From Octopus sinensis (taxonomy: Eukaryota), in the NCBI RefSeq assembly GCF_006345805.1, contig NC_043022.1:21886001-21950000 (forward strand): a stretch of DNA of 64,000 nt, in the 5' to 3' direction. The translations under genes were made by a program, and so were the position numbers. The notes under the pieces were generated by a model that was not told the DNA's origin, made no database searches, and saw only the letters and a list, made by a program, of their open reading frames with translations. Positions 37,977-49,719 of the stretch are shown here, in pieces; the first letter of the stretch is position 1, and every line of letters starts with the position of its first letter.

Positions 37977-40132
37977 TATATTATACACACATATGTACAA
38001 ACACATAGAATTTTCATCATAGCCTTTATTTTCTAGATAAACTTGTTCAGTATTTCCCCAATGCTGCATGCCTTATCTTCAATACAGTCTCTTACTCTCT
38101 TGTCTTATAAGTAGATAGACGATCATACTATGTTATGGCTATTAAAACTAACCCCTTTCTGCTTTAGTAAAGGCCTCTCATAGAAACAATATTGATCTGT
38201 CAGTCTAATATACATACACACACACAAATTTAATTCACTTACCACAAATGAATAAAATTAAACTCTATTTTAAATCCTTTATTTGTCATTTGGAGAGTCA
38301 AACTACTTTTAGTTCATTATTTGTCATCAGTTTTTTTTTTTACTATTTGGTTCAACAACAGAACCCCTTTCTGTGATATTTTCATTTGATTCATTACTTC
38401 TTTTATGTTGTTTTGTTTTGGGTCCCTGGCGTGGATTAAACTCCCGTAAACCAAAATTTCTTTCTTTTTAATCATCAATCATATCTTTCACTCTTTGGTT
38501 TCTTTTCCTTCTATATTTATTATCTTTGGTCCCTGGCGTGAATTGAAACCCCGTAAACCAAAATCCTTTTTTATCACCAATTTTTTCCCTTGTATTGTCT
38601 TTGGTCCCTGGCGTGGATTGAAATCCCGCAAACCATTATTTATTATTTCATCACACACACACACACGCTACTATATACATTTTATTAACCCAGATACCAA
38701 TTGTCTCTCCAACAAACCTAAAATGTCTATAGTAAGAGTACAAGCAACTTACTCCACCTCTAGATATTTATAAATAAATATTTTATACCCCCATTATTGG
38801 TAACAAACGCTAGATTAATGATGTAAAACATGGCTATGTTGTATAATATTGTTAGCTATAGATTCAGTTGATACAGCTTAGCTTAGCTGTCATCCTTTCT
38901 CTTTATGTAACAGTAGAAAACTGTTTTACTGGAACCATCTCCGCAAATACTTCAAACAATATTCAAACTGCATTCCGATATACATTTTGTAAAAAAAAAA
39001 AAAAATTTTTTTCATAAAAAAAATGACCTTTTTTTGCTATTTTTTCATCGTTTATACTGCTGTCACTGAAGATAGATTTTGTATACCAAAATATCACATG
39101 AGGAAGTCTAATTAGTTCGGCTTCAACCATAACTTGTTTCTGTCAGAATCAACCACACGGGATGGCAAAAATTCCTAGGTTTATTCCCTGTAATATCTCA
39201 TTTGACAAATTATCTTCAGTGACGGAATAATGTTTTGTCTTTTTTTTTCTTTTCTTACCAAACTGCTCATTGTTTTAATTGAACTTTTTTTAAAGTTTGT
39301 ATTTATGTTCATATTAATGATACACAACCATATGTTGAGTATACATTGATATCAAAGACCTCTATATATAACATGTATGAATATTGCTATTGATGAAATA
39401 TACAATGTATATGTAATTGCTATCAATATAGCACATGTATGTATATTGATGTTAGTGACATACATGCAAGTGTATACTACAGCCTATACACCATAATTTA
39501 AACAGTGGAGCAGATAGAGAAGGAAAACAAATGACCTACATTATTCTTACTGTCTGCTTCACTAGTTATGGACTGAAAACTGTTCAGATGTTTTTTTTAA
39601 AAATATTTTATTTGGATGTAAATCAATAAAAATGTCGGTGTAAATTAATTCATATCTTTATTATTTATTATTGTGCTACTTACATTGGTGTTGCTTTGTT
39701 TAAATGGCCTGTTCTACATGGGTCAGCTGAAAACTTCATAGGCCGACCAAGATACCCATGTCAAAGGTAAGCAAATGAAGTTTATTTTTCAACATAGTCT
39801 ATACACTCCTGTTAGTATTGCAGGACAAAAAACAAGAGTTACTTCCCTTAGAACAAGAGTTATCTCCCCTATGGTCCCATTACGGGACGAAAAACAGTCA
39901 CTTCCCTTAGAACAAGAGTTTACCACAACTCTCGTACCTGCATTTCAAAAGGCCATCCTTGTCGCACTGTGTCATATAGACATTACATTACTGTAACGCT
40001 AGATAACACAAATATGCCCCCATGTTCTTAAATATGCCCCCATGTTCTTGCTTCAAATGCCTAAAAGGAATTTTTGCAATACATCAATTCATCTCAAAGA
40101 ATAAACGAGTCAAACATTATGTATTTCTATAG

Positions 40133-40138
40133 TTTATT
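40133..40138 (-). terminator. Candidate polyadenylation signal (AATAAA) for the myosin XVIII 3' UTR
   Basis: AATAAA on the minus strand with a U-rich stretch downstream. One of several candidates. Confidence 0.25.
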
Positions 40139-41339
40139 TCACACCATCATCGCATTGTATTGACTGATGAGAGAGAGAGAGAAGGATATAATACTTGGTC
40201 ATGTGTAACATCTAATACCTGATTATCTGCTCAGCCAACAACACAAAACAGCACGAGACGTAAGACACTAGGAATTAAAACTCCCAAAAGAAAAAAACAA
40301 AACAAAACAAAATACAATAAAATAAAGAGATGTAAAACATCTTACAATCCAAACTAATGTATTTCTTTCTTGCTTTTACTTTTGGGAGTGAGGGGGTGGG
40401 GGAGACATCTTCTTCTTATCGTGTTTTTTTATTTATTTTCATTTTGCTTTTCCCCCCCGCCACCTACAATTATATATCACAGACTGGCAAAGATTATAAT
40501 CTTTTGCTGCATTTCTTCGAAATATAGATTTATATTCATCATATCCCACATTACTCTCTCTCTTACATAAAGACACACAGACACACACATGCACAGAACT
40601 ACTTTCGAATATTATACAAGTGTGTGCAGACATAGACATATATACACATACACACACCATTAATTATATACATCATCATTATTATTATCATTGATTGGCA
40701 GAATCATCAGAGCATTGGACAAAATGCCTAGATGTATTTCTTCTAGCTCTTAACATTCTGGTTTCAAATCCCACCAAGGTCAACTATACTTAATTCCCCC
40801 TGGGGCCGAGAAAAGTAAGTACCAGTCAAGCACTGGGGTTGACCTAATTGATTGCTCCCTTCCTCCAAATTTCAAGTCTTGAGTCTAAATTAGAAACTAC
40901 TATCCTTATTGTAATTATTATTATTATTATTATTATTAAGATGTGTGTCTGTACTTCACTGACAGGCAAACAGCTGTATGAGCACTATCATTTCTGAAAT
41001 TATTAATTAATTAATTATAGCAATACAAACTTTCAATATTTATCGATAATAATAATTTCTAGAAAATGTAACATGTCTATCTGCCTGCATGTATGTATTT
41101 ATTTACATATAAATGTTTGTGTGTCCCCCTAATGTATCCCTTGCTGTATGGAACTATTGCACCCTCTGAAAATCATGTAAGATTCAATTCTGTAATGCAA
41201 AACCCTTTTCTCAGTTACATGCTATATGGTTCTTGACCATAGAATCAAAAGGAAAATTAATATTGACTTACAGAACTCTAATGCTACAGAAAAATTCTCA
41301 GAATTTCAATAATCCCCAAGCATGAGCAATACCTACATT

Positions 41340-41655
41340 TAAACACAAACACACGCATTTAATTGGCAGAAGTTACATAGTGACTCAAGGGCTGAGAGTT
41401 TCATGCATTGACATTTTACATGCATATATATATATATATATACATACATACATGTATATATAGATACATACACATATATATATTCATGCATACATACAAA
41501 TATGTACATACACACGTACACACATATACACATACATGCATACACAAATATATACACATACATGCATACAAATATATATATATACATATGTTTATATACA
41601 TACGTATATACATATGTATATATACGCATATATGTATATATATACACATATACAT
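41340..41655. repeat. Compound TA/CA microsatellite, representative of many (e.g. 7460-7720, 28160-28630, 30795-30985, 43900-44185)
   Basis: Low-complexity dinucleotide mosaics that generate the YI/CV/HT ORFs in the track. Confidence 0.95.
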
Positions 41656-42767
41656 GAGAATGTCAAGGCTGTATTCACACTAAAGTACAAGAGTGTGCAT
41701 AAGAAACAAGTGTTCTATAGATTCAATATAAAAAAGGAAATGATGGGGGGGGGGTCTGTGTGTGGAGCATGAGATAGTTATATACAAATATATACACACA
41801 CAGCTTATATATATATATCATTAAAATAAACAAAATTTAATAAGAAACAATAAAACAACAAAGTAAAATATGAATTATATATAAAGAAAAACAAAAGAAA
41901 AAGATGCAGTCTCTTGAGAGAAGTCATGGTGGGAAAGAGATTTGTGGAAGGGGACAAGAATATGGCTACTTGGACTCTGCAGATACCAGGGAGGAAACAA
42001 ATACATGTGTATGTACACACATACATGCACACACACAGAGAGAGCTGATACCTTGTTACTTAAGAACCATGGAATTCTGTGAGTCCTCCAAATGGAAATA
42101 ACTAATAAATTTCTTAATTTTCCACATTTCTTTTTGTATTTTTTTACTTCAAACTACACGAACATACACACACACAATCACAGAGAAAGGGTCACCGTAA
42201 ATAGCCTTGCTTCGTTTCAAGCTCAACAAGACTTCATCTGGGAGTTGAAGAGATGAAGAAAAATTTGACTAATAAGGGCTGCGGGAGAGAGAGAGAGAGA
42301 TAGAAAGGGGTAATGGGTGTGGGGAGAGGAAAAATAGAAGGGGTGGATTAAAGACACATGAAATAGAAAGAAGAAGATTCCAAGACAAATAATGCAAATA
42401 GTGTTTCGTATGAATGCCCATCCCCCTTACCCCTTGTAAGGGAGCAGGAATAAGCAAATAATCTCACCAGGAAGGAAGTAATTAGAGGGTCACATTGTCT
42501 GCTACAGTCTTCCATCTTATTTTGATTAAGACAAACTTTCAACGTTGCTGTATTTAGAGGCTTAGATCTTTGTTGTTGTTATCGCCATGGATAGCAAGAA
42601 AGTGTTGGAAAAGTCTCGAAATTATATTTAAAGAATGTGGCACAATTGTAGGCAGTAACAGTCCTCTTCTCTTGTAGGAACTGACTTCCTCCTTGGTATC
42701 ACTTGTGATGTTGAGGTGAGTCGCCAGCTAAAGTTTCTTGTAACTGTTTCTTCTTAAACATTTTCCA

Positions 42768-42798
<31 letters not shown>

Positions 42799-43024
42799 TG
42801 GCCACACAAGCAAAAAATTAACAGCCAGCCACATACACACACGCATACATACATTAACACACACACTTGTACACACATGCATCAACATGTGTACGTGTGT
42901 GTATGTGTGCAGGAAGCTGAAGACATGCAGTGATATCAGTTGTCTACATCATTTTATCTTTTAATCATGCCTGGCAATGGGTCTTTGTGCTGTCTCTGCT
43001 GTGTTGTGAGGAAGATACTGTTTC

Positions 43025-43044
43025 TCAAGCTTCAGACACAGACC
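43025..43044 (-). CDS. MYO18A: Myosin XVIII final coding exon (GSVSEA*), followed by the 3' UTR
   Basis: Strong acceptor tttgtctttctgttgcAG, phase 1, TGA at 43027-43025. The 11 exons total 1332 nt (444 codons including the stop). Confidence 0.72.
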
Positions 43045-43214
43045 CTGCAACAGAAAGACAAAAATATTAAAAATAACAAAACCCACAACCAAATGCCAAT
43101 ATCTCCTGATGGAACAAAGAATCTGAGTCAACCTCAGCATAGGAGTGGCACTTATTGACTCTGGGTGACAATTGCTCTGTAATTGCTTTGTAATGTGGGT
43201 TGCCCTGAAAGTGA

Positions 43215-43562
43215 TTATATTGACCCCAGTGCATTACTGGTACTTAATTTATCGACCCCGAAAGGATGAAAGGCAAAGTCGACCTCGGCAGAATTTGAAC
43301 TCAGAATGTAGCGACAGACGAAATACCTATTTCTTTATTACCCACAAGGGGCTAAACACAGAGGGGACAAACAAGGACAGTAAAAACAGATTAAGTCGAT
43401 TATATCTACTCCAGTGTGTAACTGGTACTTATTTAATCGACCCCGAAAGGATGAAAGGCAAAGTCGACCTCGGCAGAATTTGAACTCAGAACGTAGCGGC
43501 AGACGAAATACCGCCAAGCATTCTGCCTGGCGTGCTAACGTTTCTGCCAGCTCACCGCCTTA
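43215..43562 (-). mobile_element. CORE-type SINE dimer, same family as 440-965
   Basis: Two tandem units of the same B-box, core and tail sequence. Confidence 0.8.
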
Positions 43563-44355
43563 CAAACCTGTTGCTCAAAGTGCAATAGATGGTAGAGAAA
43601 TTAGAAGGATGGTTTCTGATTTAGGAACAGGCCAGCAATTTTGAGTGGAGGGGGAGCATTCAATATCACTGACTCCAGTACTTGGCTGGTGGCTTATTTT
43701 AATGACCCTGAAAGGATCATAGGTAAAGTTGACCTTGGGGCTTGTACTCAAAATATAAAGAGTTGGATTTAATCAACTGTTCTATCTTACAAGATTGGTG
43801 GTCTTGTACTTATATTACAACCCTGGGGGAAGCAAAAAATAGAAATGAAATTAAAGTTGGCTAAGGCAAAGTATGTAGATAGAGAAATAGAAAGGTATAG
43901 GGTGTGTGTTTATATATATATATATATATGTATACGTGTATATATGTATGTACATATTTGTATATATGTATGTATATATATATTTGTGTATGTACATATT
44001 TGTATATATATGTGTATGTACATATTTGTATATATATATGTGTATGTACATATTTGTATATATGTATGTATATATATATATTTGTGTATGTACATATTTG
44101 TATATATGTATGTATATATATTTGTGTATGTACATATTTGTATATATGTATGTGTATGTATCTATATGTGTATATGCACATGCACAGAAATTCTATTTCT
44201 AGCAGGTCAGGAAATCATATAGGTACAGCCCAGAGTGTATACATACACACAGATAGATGTTTGCAAGCACGTGCGTGTGTGTGTGCAAGAGAGGGACCGA
44301 AAGGGACAGACAGAGAAATGTGTGTGTGTGGTGATGATGGGTTAAGTATACTAAC

Positions 44356-44519
44356 CTTTATTGAATGTTAATGTTTCTGCTCCAAACTGGGCGTCTTGTT
44401 CATAGCTTGTCCCTGATATTGACCTTGACCTCTCATTACTGCTGTCATACACACTTGAAACTGGTTTATGGTTTGACAGAAAGGTGTCGTCCAGATCATC
44501 TTCAAAATCCTCTTCATCA
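44356..44519 (-). CDS. MYO18A: Myosin XVIII penultimate coding exon, acidic tail (SDEEDFEDDLDDTFLSNHKPVSSVYDSSNERSRSISGTSYEQDAQFGAETLTFNK)
   Basis: ctatatttAG / AAG|GTTAGT, 164 nt, phase 2 to 1, fully open. Confidence 0.8.
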
Positions 44520-46260
44520 CTAAATATAGAAAAACGAAAAACAGTGAGCTGGAGTCACAAAACTATACTATAGATGCAGCATGAAGCTTTGTCAGCGAAC
44601 AGGTCGCGGTCTCAAAGCGACGAAAATGTTTTGACAAATTAAATTTAAATGTTGAAGTGAATCTAACGGTTTTTGTGTGTTTCTTAAATGGCTTATAAAC
44701 ATCTTCCACGCTGCAATTGTTTTCATTCCAGCACATGATCTCAGATCAAGTCACTCGCTATGCAAGTACATCTCCGTAATATACTATAGAATAAATGGTA
44801 AATGCTTCCTTCTCTTTTTCTCATTCAACTGATATTCTCTGAGTCTCACTCCTTACCCCCAATCTGTCACATTATTCTCATTTCATTGCATTCACCTTTT
44901 CCATTGCTCTTCTATCTGATTCTTTCTCCCTCTGAGATCTCTTCAAGACTTAGATAGGATGGGGTTATCGCCCTTAGATTCGTTCCAGTCGGCAATATCT
45001 ATGGCTCTAATTAACAAATCGGGAATCCACGAGTCGTTGATTAGAGCTGTAAAATATTTGCTGACCGGAACCAATTTAAGGGCAATAATCCCATCCCAAG
45101 TAAAGCATGGAAATTTGTTTTTTGCTTACAAAATTAACTGACTGTAACGTTTTTCTATCTCCTGTTTGAAAAGTGGTCATACGCCTGCAGCCATCAGTCT
45201 AAGGAGCTGTCTATAAGGTTAAGCGCTTTATAGCGGCCGTCGTTGGCTGTTCAAGTGCTTGTTATTAAATGGAAAAATAGTATGAATCACCATAAAACAT
45301 TTTTGCATATAAAAATACTGGGTACTACTAGCGAACAGTGCACGCACACATGTAGTCGCGCCTCCACGTTAGCTAGTCGTGACTAGTCGATCCTGCAACG
45401 ACTACCTAGCAAAGTAAATAAAACACAAAATGAATAATTTTTTTTTACACGAAGTAAATAATTTTTGTTAAACAAAGTAAATAAAACACAAAAACACAAA
45501 GTAATTAATTATTTAAACAAAGTAAATAATACACAAAAATACGAAGTAAGGATCGACTAGTCATGACTAGCTAGCGCGTGCGCGCACCGGCACCACAGTT
45601 CGCTAGTAGTACCAAAATATTGTTTGTTCTGTGTTCGACTTTTGGGGTGGAAGCATGTGGTAAGATACAAAAAAAAAAACGTATGTTTACATACAAGGAA
45701 AGTTCTGTTTTTAGCTTATGTACTGAAAGAAGTAACATGTGAACAGGTCGCGGTCTTAAAGCGACGAAAATATTTTGACAAATTAAACTTAAATGTTGAA
45801 GTGAATCGAACGGCTTTTGTGTGTTTCTTAAATGGCTTATAAACACCTTCCACGCTGTAAATATTTATATTACAGTATGTATAAATGTGTGTGAAGAGAC
45901 CAGTTTGAGAATACGTATGTGATAACAAATTAATCTTCGTTTACAAACCGTGTCTTGTGCTGAGGTGAATGGACAGGTAACACATTGAATGTGAAGCTGC
46001 ACTGAAAACGTGTCTTCGTTTCTTCAGTGTATCAGAACGAGGCTGGTGTATCAAAACGAGGCTAGCTACATCATCAATATATTGGTCTGCTGTGCAGGAC
46101 ATCTGTAGCACGTCTGGTCACATTACTATGCCTAAGTTATGTAGCTTTGCTACAGCTTTATAGATATGAAATCAGTGGTCATTCTATGACCAGCCATATA
46201 ATTAACTTCTTGTAAAGTACATTACTGCTCCAATATTTAGTGTGCTACTTTTTTGGATGG

Positions 46261-46293
<33 letters not shown>

Positions 46294-46324
46294 TATATAG
46301 ACATACATACACACATATATACAC

Positions 46325-46355
<31 letters not shown>

Positions 46356-46356
46356 G

Positions 46357-46500
46357 TTAATCCAAACAAGAAAGCACAAAAAACACAACAACGAGAGGAC
46401 GTGGAACAAATATAGTATTACTGGACGCTCATGAAAGAAGGGGGGTTTAACGTTTCGAGCGGAGCTCTTCGTCGGAAACATAGAAGGAAAGACAGAGGAA
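46357..46500 (-). mobile_element. Short Penelope-like terminal repeat, second copy
   Basis: Aligns with 18007-18150. HHR-like core at 46445-46481. Confidence 0.65.
46445..46481 (-). ncRNA. Minimal type I hammerhead ribozyme motif, degenerate (U4C)
   Basis: AUGUUU-CCGACGA-A-GAGC-UCC-GCUC-GAAA-CGUU-AAAC. Confidence 0.6.
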
Positions 46501-46532
46501 AACACACACATATATATATACATATATATACA

Positions 46533-47432
46533 GGAGCAAAACGGCCACGTTCGGATGGTTCGCTTACATGCCACCGGCACTGGTATCACAGCTACAATTT
46601 CCATTGATGTTGGTTGATTTCGATTTCAATTCTGATTCTTGCTTGCCTCAACAGGTCTTCACAAGTAGAGTTTTGTCTCCCAAGAAGGAAAGATATGCAT
46701 AAGTGGACTGGCTACATCCCAGGTAGAGGCCATGGGTTATGGTCTCACTTCTCCTGCCGGGTCTTCTCACGTACAGCATACTTCCAGAGGTCTCGGTCTC
46801 TAGTCATTTCCTCGGTGAGACCTAAAGTTCGAAGGTCGTGCTTCACTACGTTGTCCCAGGTTTTCCTGGGTCTACCCCTTCCACAGGTTCCCTCAACCGC
46901 TAGGGTGTGGCACTTTTTCACACAACTATCTTCATCCATTCTCGTCACATGACCATACCAGTGCAAACGTCTCTCTTGCACACCACAACTGATGCTTCTT
47001 AGGTCCATCTTTTCTCTCAAGGTACTTACACACTGTCAAGTATGAACACTGACTTTACACATCCGTCGGAGCATACTGGCTTCATTTCTTGCGAGCTTAG
47101 GCATATCCTCAGCAGTCACGGCCCATGTTTCACTACCATGTAGCATGGCTGTTCGTACACATGCATCATACAGTCTGCCTTTTACTCTGAGCGAGAGGCC
47201 TTTTGTCACCAGCAGGGGTAAGAGCTCTCTGAACTTTGCCCAGGCTATTCTTACTCTAGCAGTTACACTTTCAGCACACCCACCCCTGCTACTGACTTGG
47301 TCACCTAGGTAACGGAAACTATCAACTATTTCTAGTTTTTCGCCCTGGAATGTGGTGGAAGTTGGTCTTTGCGCATTTTCAGTGTTTATTGCTCCTGAGC
47401 ATGGAAAGCGGACATTAAATGATGATGATGAT
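46533..47432 (-). mobile_element. RTE-clade LINE: ORF2 C-terminal region plus the start of the 3' UTR on minus (46533-47397), joined to a plus-oriented 3' tail (47398-47432)
   Basis: FRYLG...ARVRIAWAKFREL...KGRLYDACVRTAMLHGSETW and RLHWYGHVTRM...RGRPRKTW are typical of RTE ORF2. One frameshift near 47030. Confidence 0.92.
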
Positions 47433-47630
47433 ATATATACATACATACACACCTACATATATACATACACATACATATATACATACACACTCATACATTA
47501 CATGCATGCACACACACATATATATATACACACACATACACATGAAGTATACAATATATAAGTATAAATACAATAGATATGTACAAAGTATATACATGTA
47601 TATACACACAATGGACAGTAGATAACTTAC

Positions 47631-47776
47631 CTGTAAGACAGGTAACTCTCGTCATCTTCATCAGTCTCAACACTTTCTTCCAGAGCTGCCTGCAGTCCAG
47701 AAATCCTCTTAAAGGCCAACTTCAGGTCAGACTGGCTCTGGTCATAATCAATCTCTAAGTCTGTCAAACGACTTTC
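47631..47776 (-). CDS. MYO18A: Myosin XVIII exon (ESRLTDLEIDYDQSQSDLKLAFKRISGLQAALEESVETDEDDESYLSY)
   Basis: gtatttcAG / CAG|GTAAGT, 146 nt, ends in phase 2. DLKLAFKRI..LQAA is a diagnostic myosin-18 motif. Not in the ORF track. Confidence 0.95.
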
Positions 47777-48256
47777 CTGAAATACATACACACACAATCA
47801 GGTCACAAAAGGTAAAAATGACTTAAAAAAAACATAATTTAATGAAACTACAAATTACTGGTTGGTATAATAATTAATTAATGGTTGGGAGAATGAAGTT
47901 GAAGAGTTGGGCTGATAATTATGTGGCCACATGTTCAAACATCACCATAGCTACAACACGCAGTTGTAGGAAGGAGATACCTTCTTAATGGTAGCAACAG
48001 AAAAACAAGGGCACCAAGCAACCTTGGAAAAAAAAACATGCAAAATAGGGGAAAAAAAAACGAAAAAAAAACAAGCCCGTTACATTTCGTGTCACCACAT
48101 CTGTTACAGTGTCATCATAACCTTGCTACAAAGACAGTGTAACACAGCCAAGCCTGTTACACAATCATGTTTTAAAAGCTGTGTAACAAAAGTAATCGTG
48201 GTACACAGTGGCACATCATAACTATGCAGCAAATAGAGTCACAAAACCGAACCACA

Positions 48257-48924
48257 TCTATATATATAAAACTCAACTTGTGTGTCTGTGAGTTTAACTT
48301 CCCGGCACATCTCCTCCTAGCCAACAAATCGTAGAACCAACAAAAATGGCTCACTTAAAGTTTAGGTGAATGAAAATTGAACTGCGCTATTTCTGTTCTG
48401 AAATTCATCTCACAAGTGCAAAAATCGATAATGTGTTTGTTTAGGCCTTATCCCATGCATTGAATAGTGAACTTTACTCAGTCAGCTGTTTGACGTGAAC
48501 TGTGTTCATCATGCGTGCAAGCATGCGTAAATTGCATGAAAAATAAAAAAGCATGATATAAAAACGAATTGCCGTAAACATTGTAGAAATTCAGCAAAGA
48601 AATGAATTTTCGGGATGTATAATGGAGGGTTTTTTCGTATTAATCATTTGGACTTTGTGAACACATACCAATTGTTTTCATAACATTTTTAACGTTTTGA
48701 ATTAAATGTGACCATTTTGCATTGAGTCTGCAGTTTAAATCACTTTAACCAAATTTTAGCAGGCCGGATTTTTGATCATCACGATACATCGCCAGCGACT
48801 CCCTGAAACTCTCCCCTGAAATCCCCGTTGAGAAATCTATAATATATATATAATAATACTTTGAATGTGACTCCTGAGAAAGAGTAAAAGTAATTATCCG
48901 ATGAACGACGGGTATTACTGCTAG
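48257..48924 (+). mobile_element. Non-autonomous Helitron
   Basis: Inserted between A and T, 5' TCTATATATATAAAAC, 3' degenerate hairpin ccgatgaacgacgggtattactgCTAG. Confidence 0.8.
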
Positions 48925-49032
48925 TTATTTTATATTTCTGAGATGAGCATTTTATATACCAAATTTATGTACCAAACAATGTCACTAAAAATACTGAAAA
49001 ACAACAAAGGCATGTGATATGATATATATTAC

Positions 49033-49218
49033 CAGTTCCTGTTTCTTGTGATTTGTCTCTAATTCTCTCTTTTGTAGTTCTCCCGTCTCCTCCCGGATGT
49101 CCCTTATCTGTCGTTGCAGCTTCTTCTGCTTCTCTTCAGACTGGTGCCTCAATTCGGCCACACGGTCACGCTCCTCCATCACCTTCTCCAGCTGTTCTTT
49201 CATCCGAGCCAAATTTGA
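49033..49218 (-). CDS. MYO18A: Myosin XVIII exon (SNLARMKEQLEKVMEERDRVAELRHQSEEKQKKLQRQIRDIREETGELQKRELETNHKKQEL)
   Basis: atttccAG / CTG|GTAATA, 186 nt. EERD...LQRQ.RD..EE.GEL...KK.EL motif. Confidence 0.93.
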
Positions 49219-49399
49219 CTGGAAATATATCATATAATTATGTATATATGTGTGTGTATACTTCAGTGAGTGAGTGTGTGTGTATGTGTGCATGTACATA
49301 CGCATGTGCATGCTTATATATGCGATGGCTGTCAACTCATAACTGAGAAAGACCAACCACTGACCATAAAAAACATTATACACTCAGACACAATTATAC

Positions 49400-49697
49400 T
49401 TCAGACTTGTGGCTCCACTGGTGACTAAAGGAAACATTTTTTCACGCTGAGAGTTGCTGAAGCATGGAACAAACTGCCAGCATCGGTTGTCGGAGCACTG
49501 CATCCTTCAAAACTTCCATTCTTTCTGAGATTTGCCAACACTACACCTGATTTCCTCCCCTCCATACATACGCAAGCATGTATCTGACTCATACATCATT
49601 CGCTTTCCAAACATTTGTACATTACTGCATACACTTTATACGCACTTTCTGACAAGTTGTGGTGCACCTGAGCACTGTATACAATAATTTCATAATT
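49400..49697 (+). mobile_element. CR1-like LINE 3' end
   Basis: Encodes ...FFTLRVAEAWNKLPASVV, the CR1/Jockey-group ORF2 C-terminal motif. AT-rich tail. Confidence 0.75.
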
Positions 49698-49719
49698 ATT
49701 GTTTTAAAGAGCCCTGCTT

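Noticed and set aside
38416-38634. CRISPR array interpretation
   Set aside because: Only three units, unequal low-complexity spacers, no cas genes, eukaryotic intergenic context. Kept as an unexplained repeat
42678-42715. Plus-strand 38-nt exon-like segment (cttgtAG...GAG|GTGAGT)
   Set aside because: Lies antisense in the probable myosin 3' UTR, is not a multiple of 3 and has no partner exons
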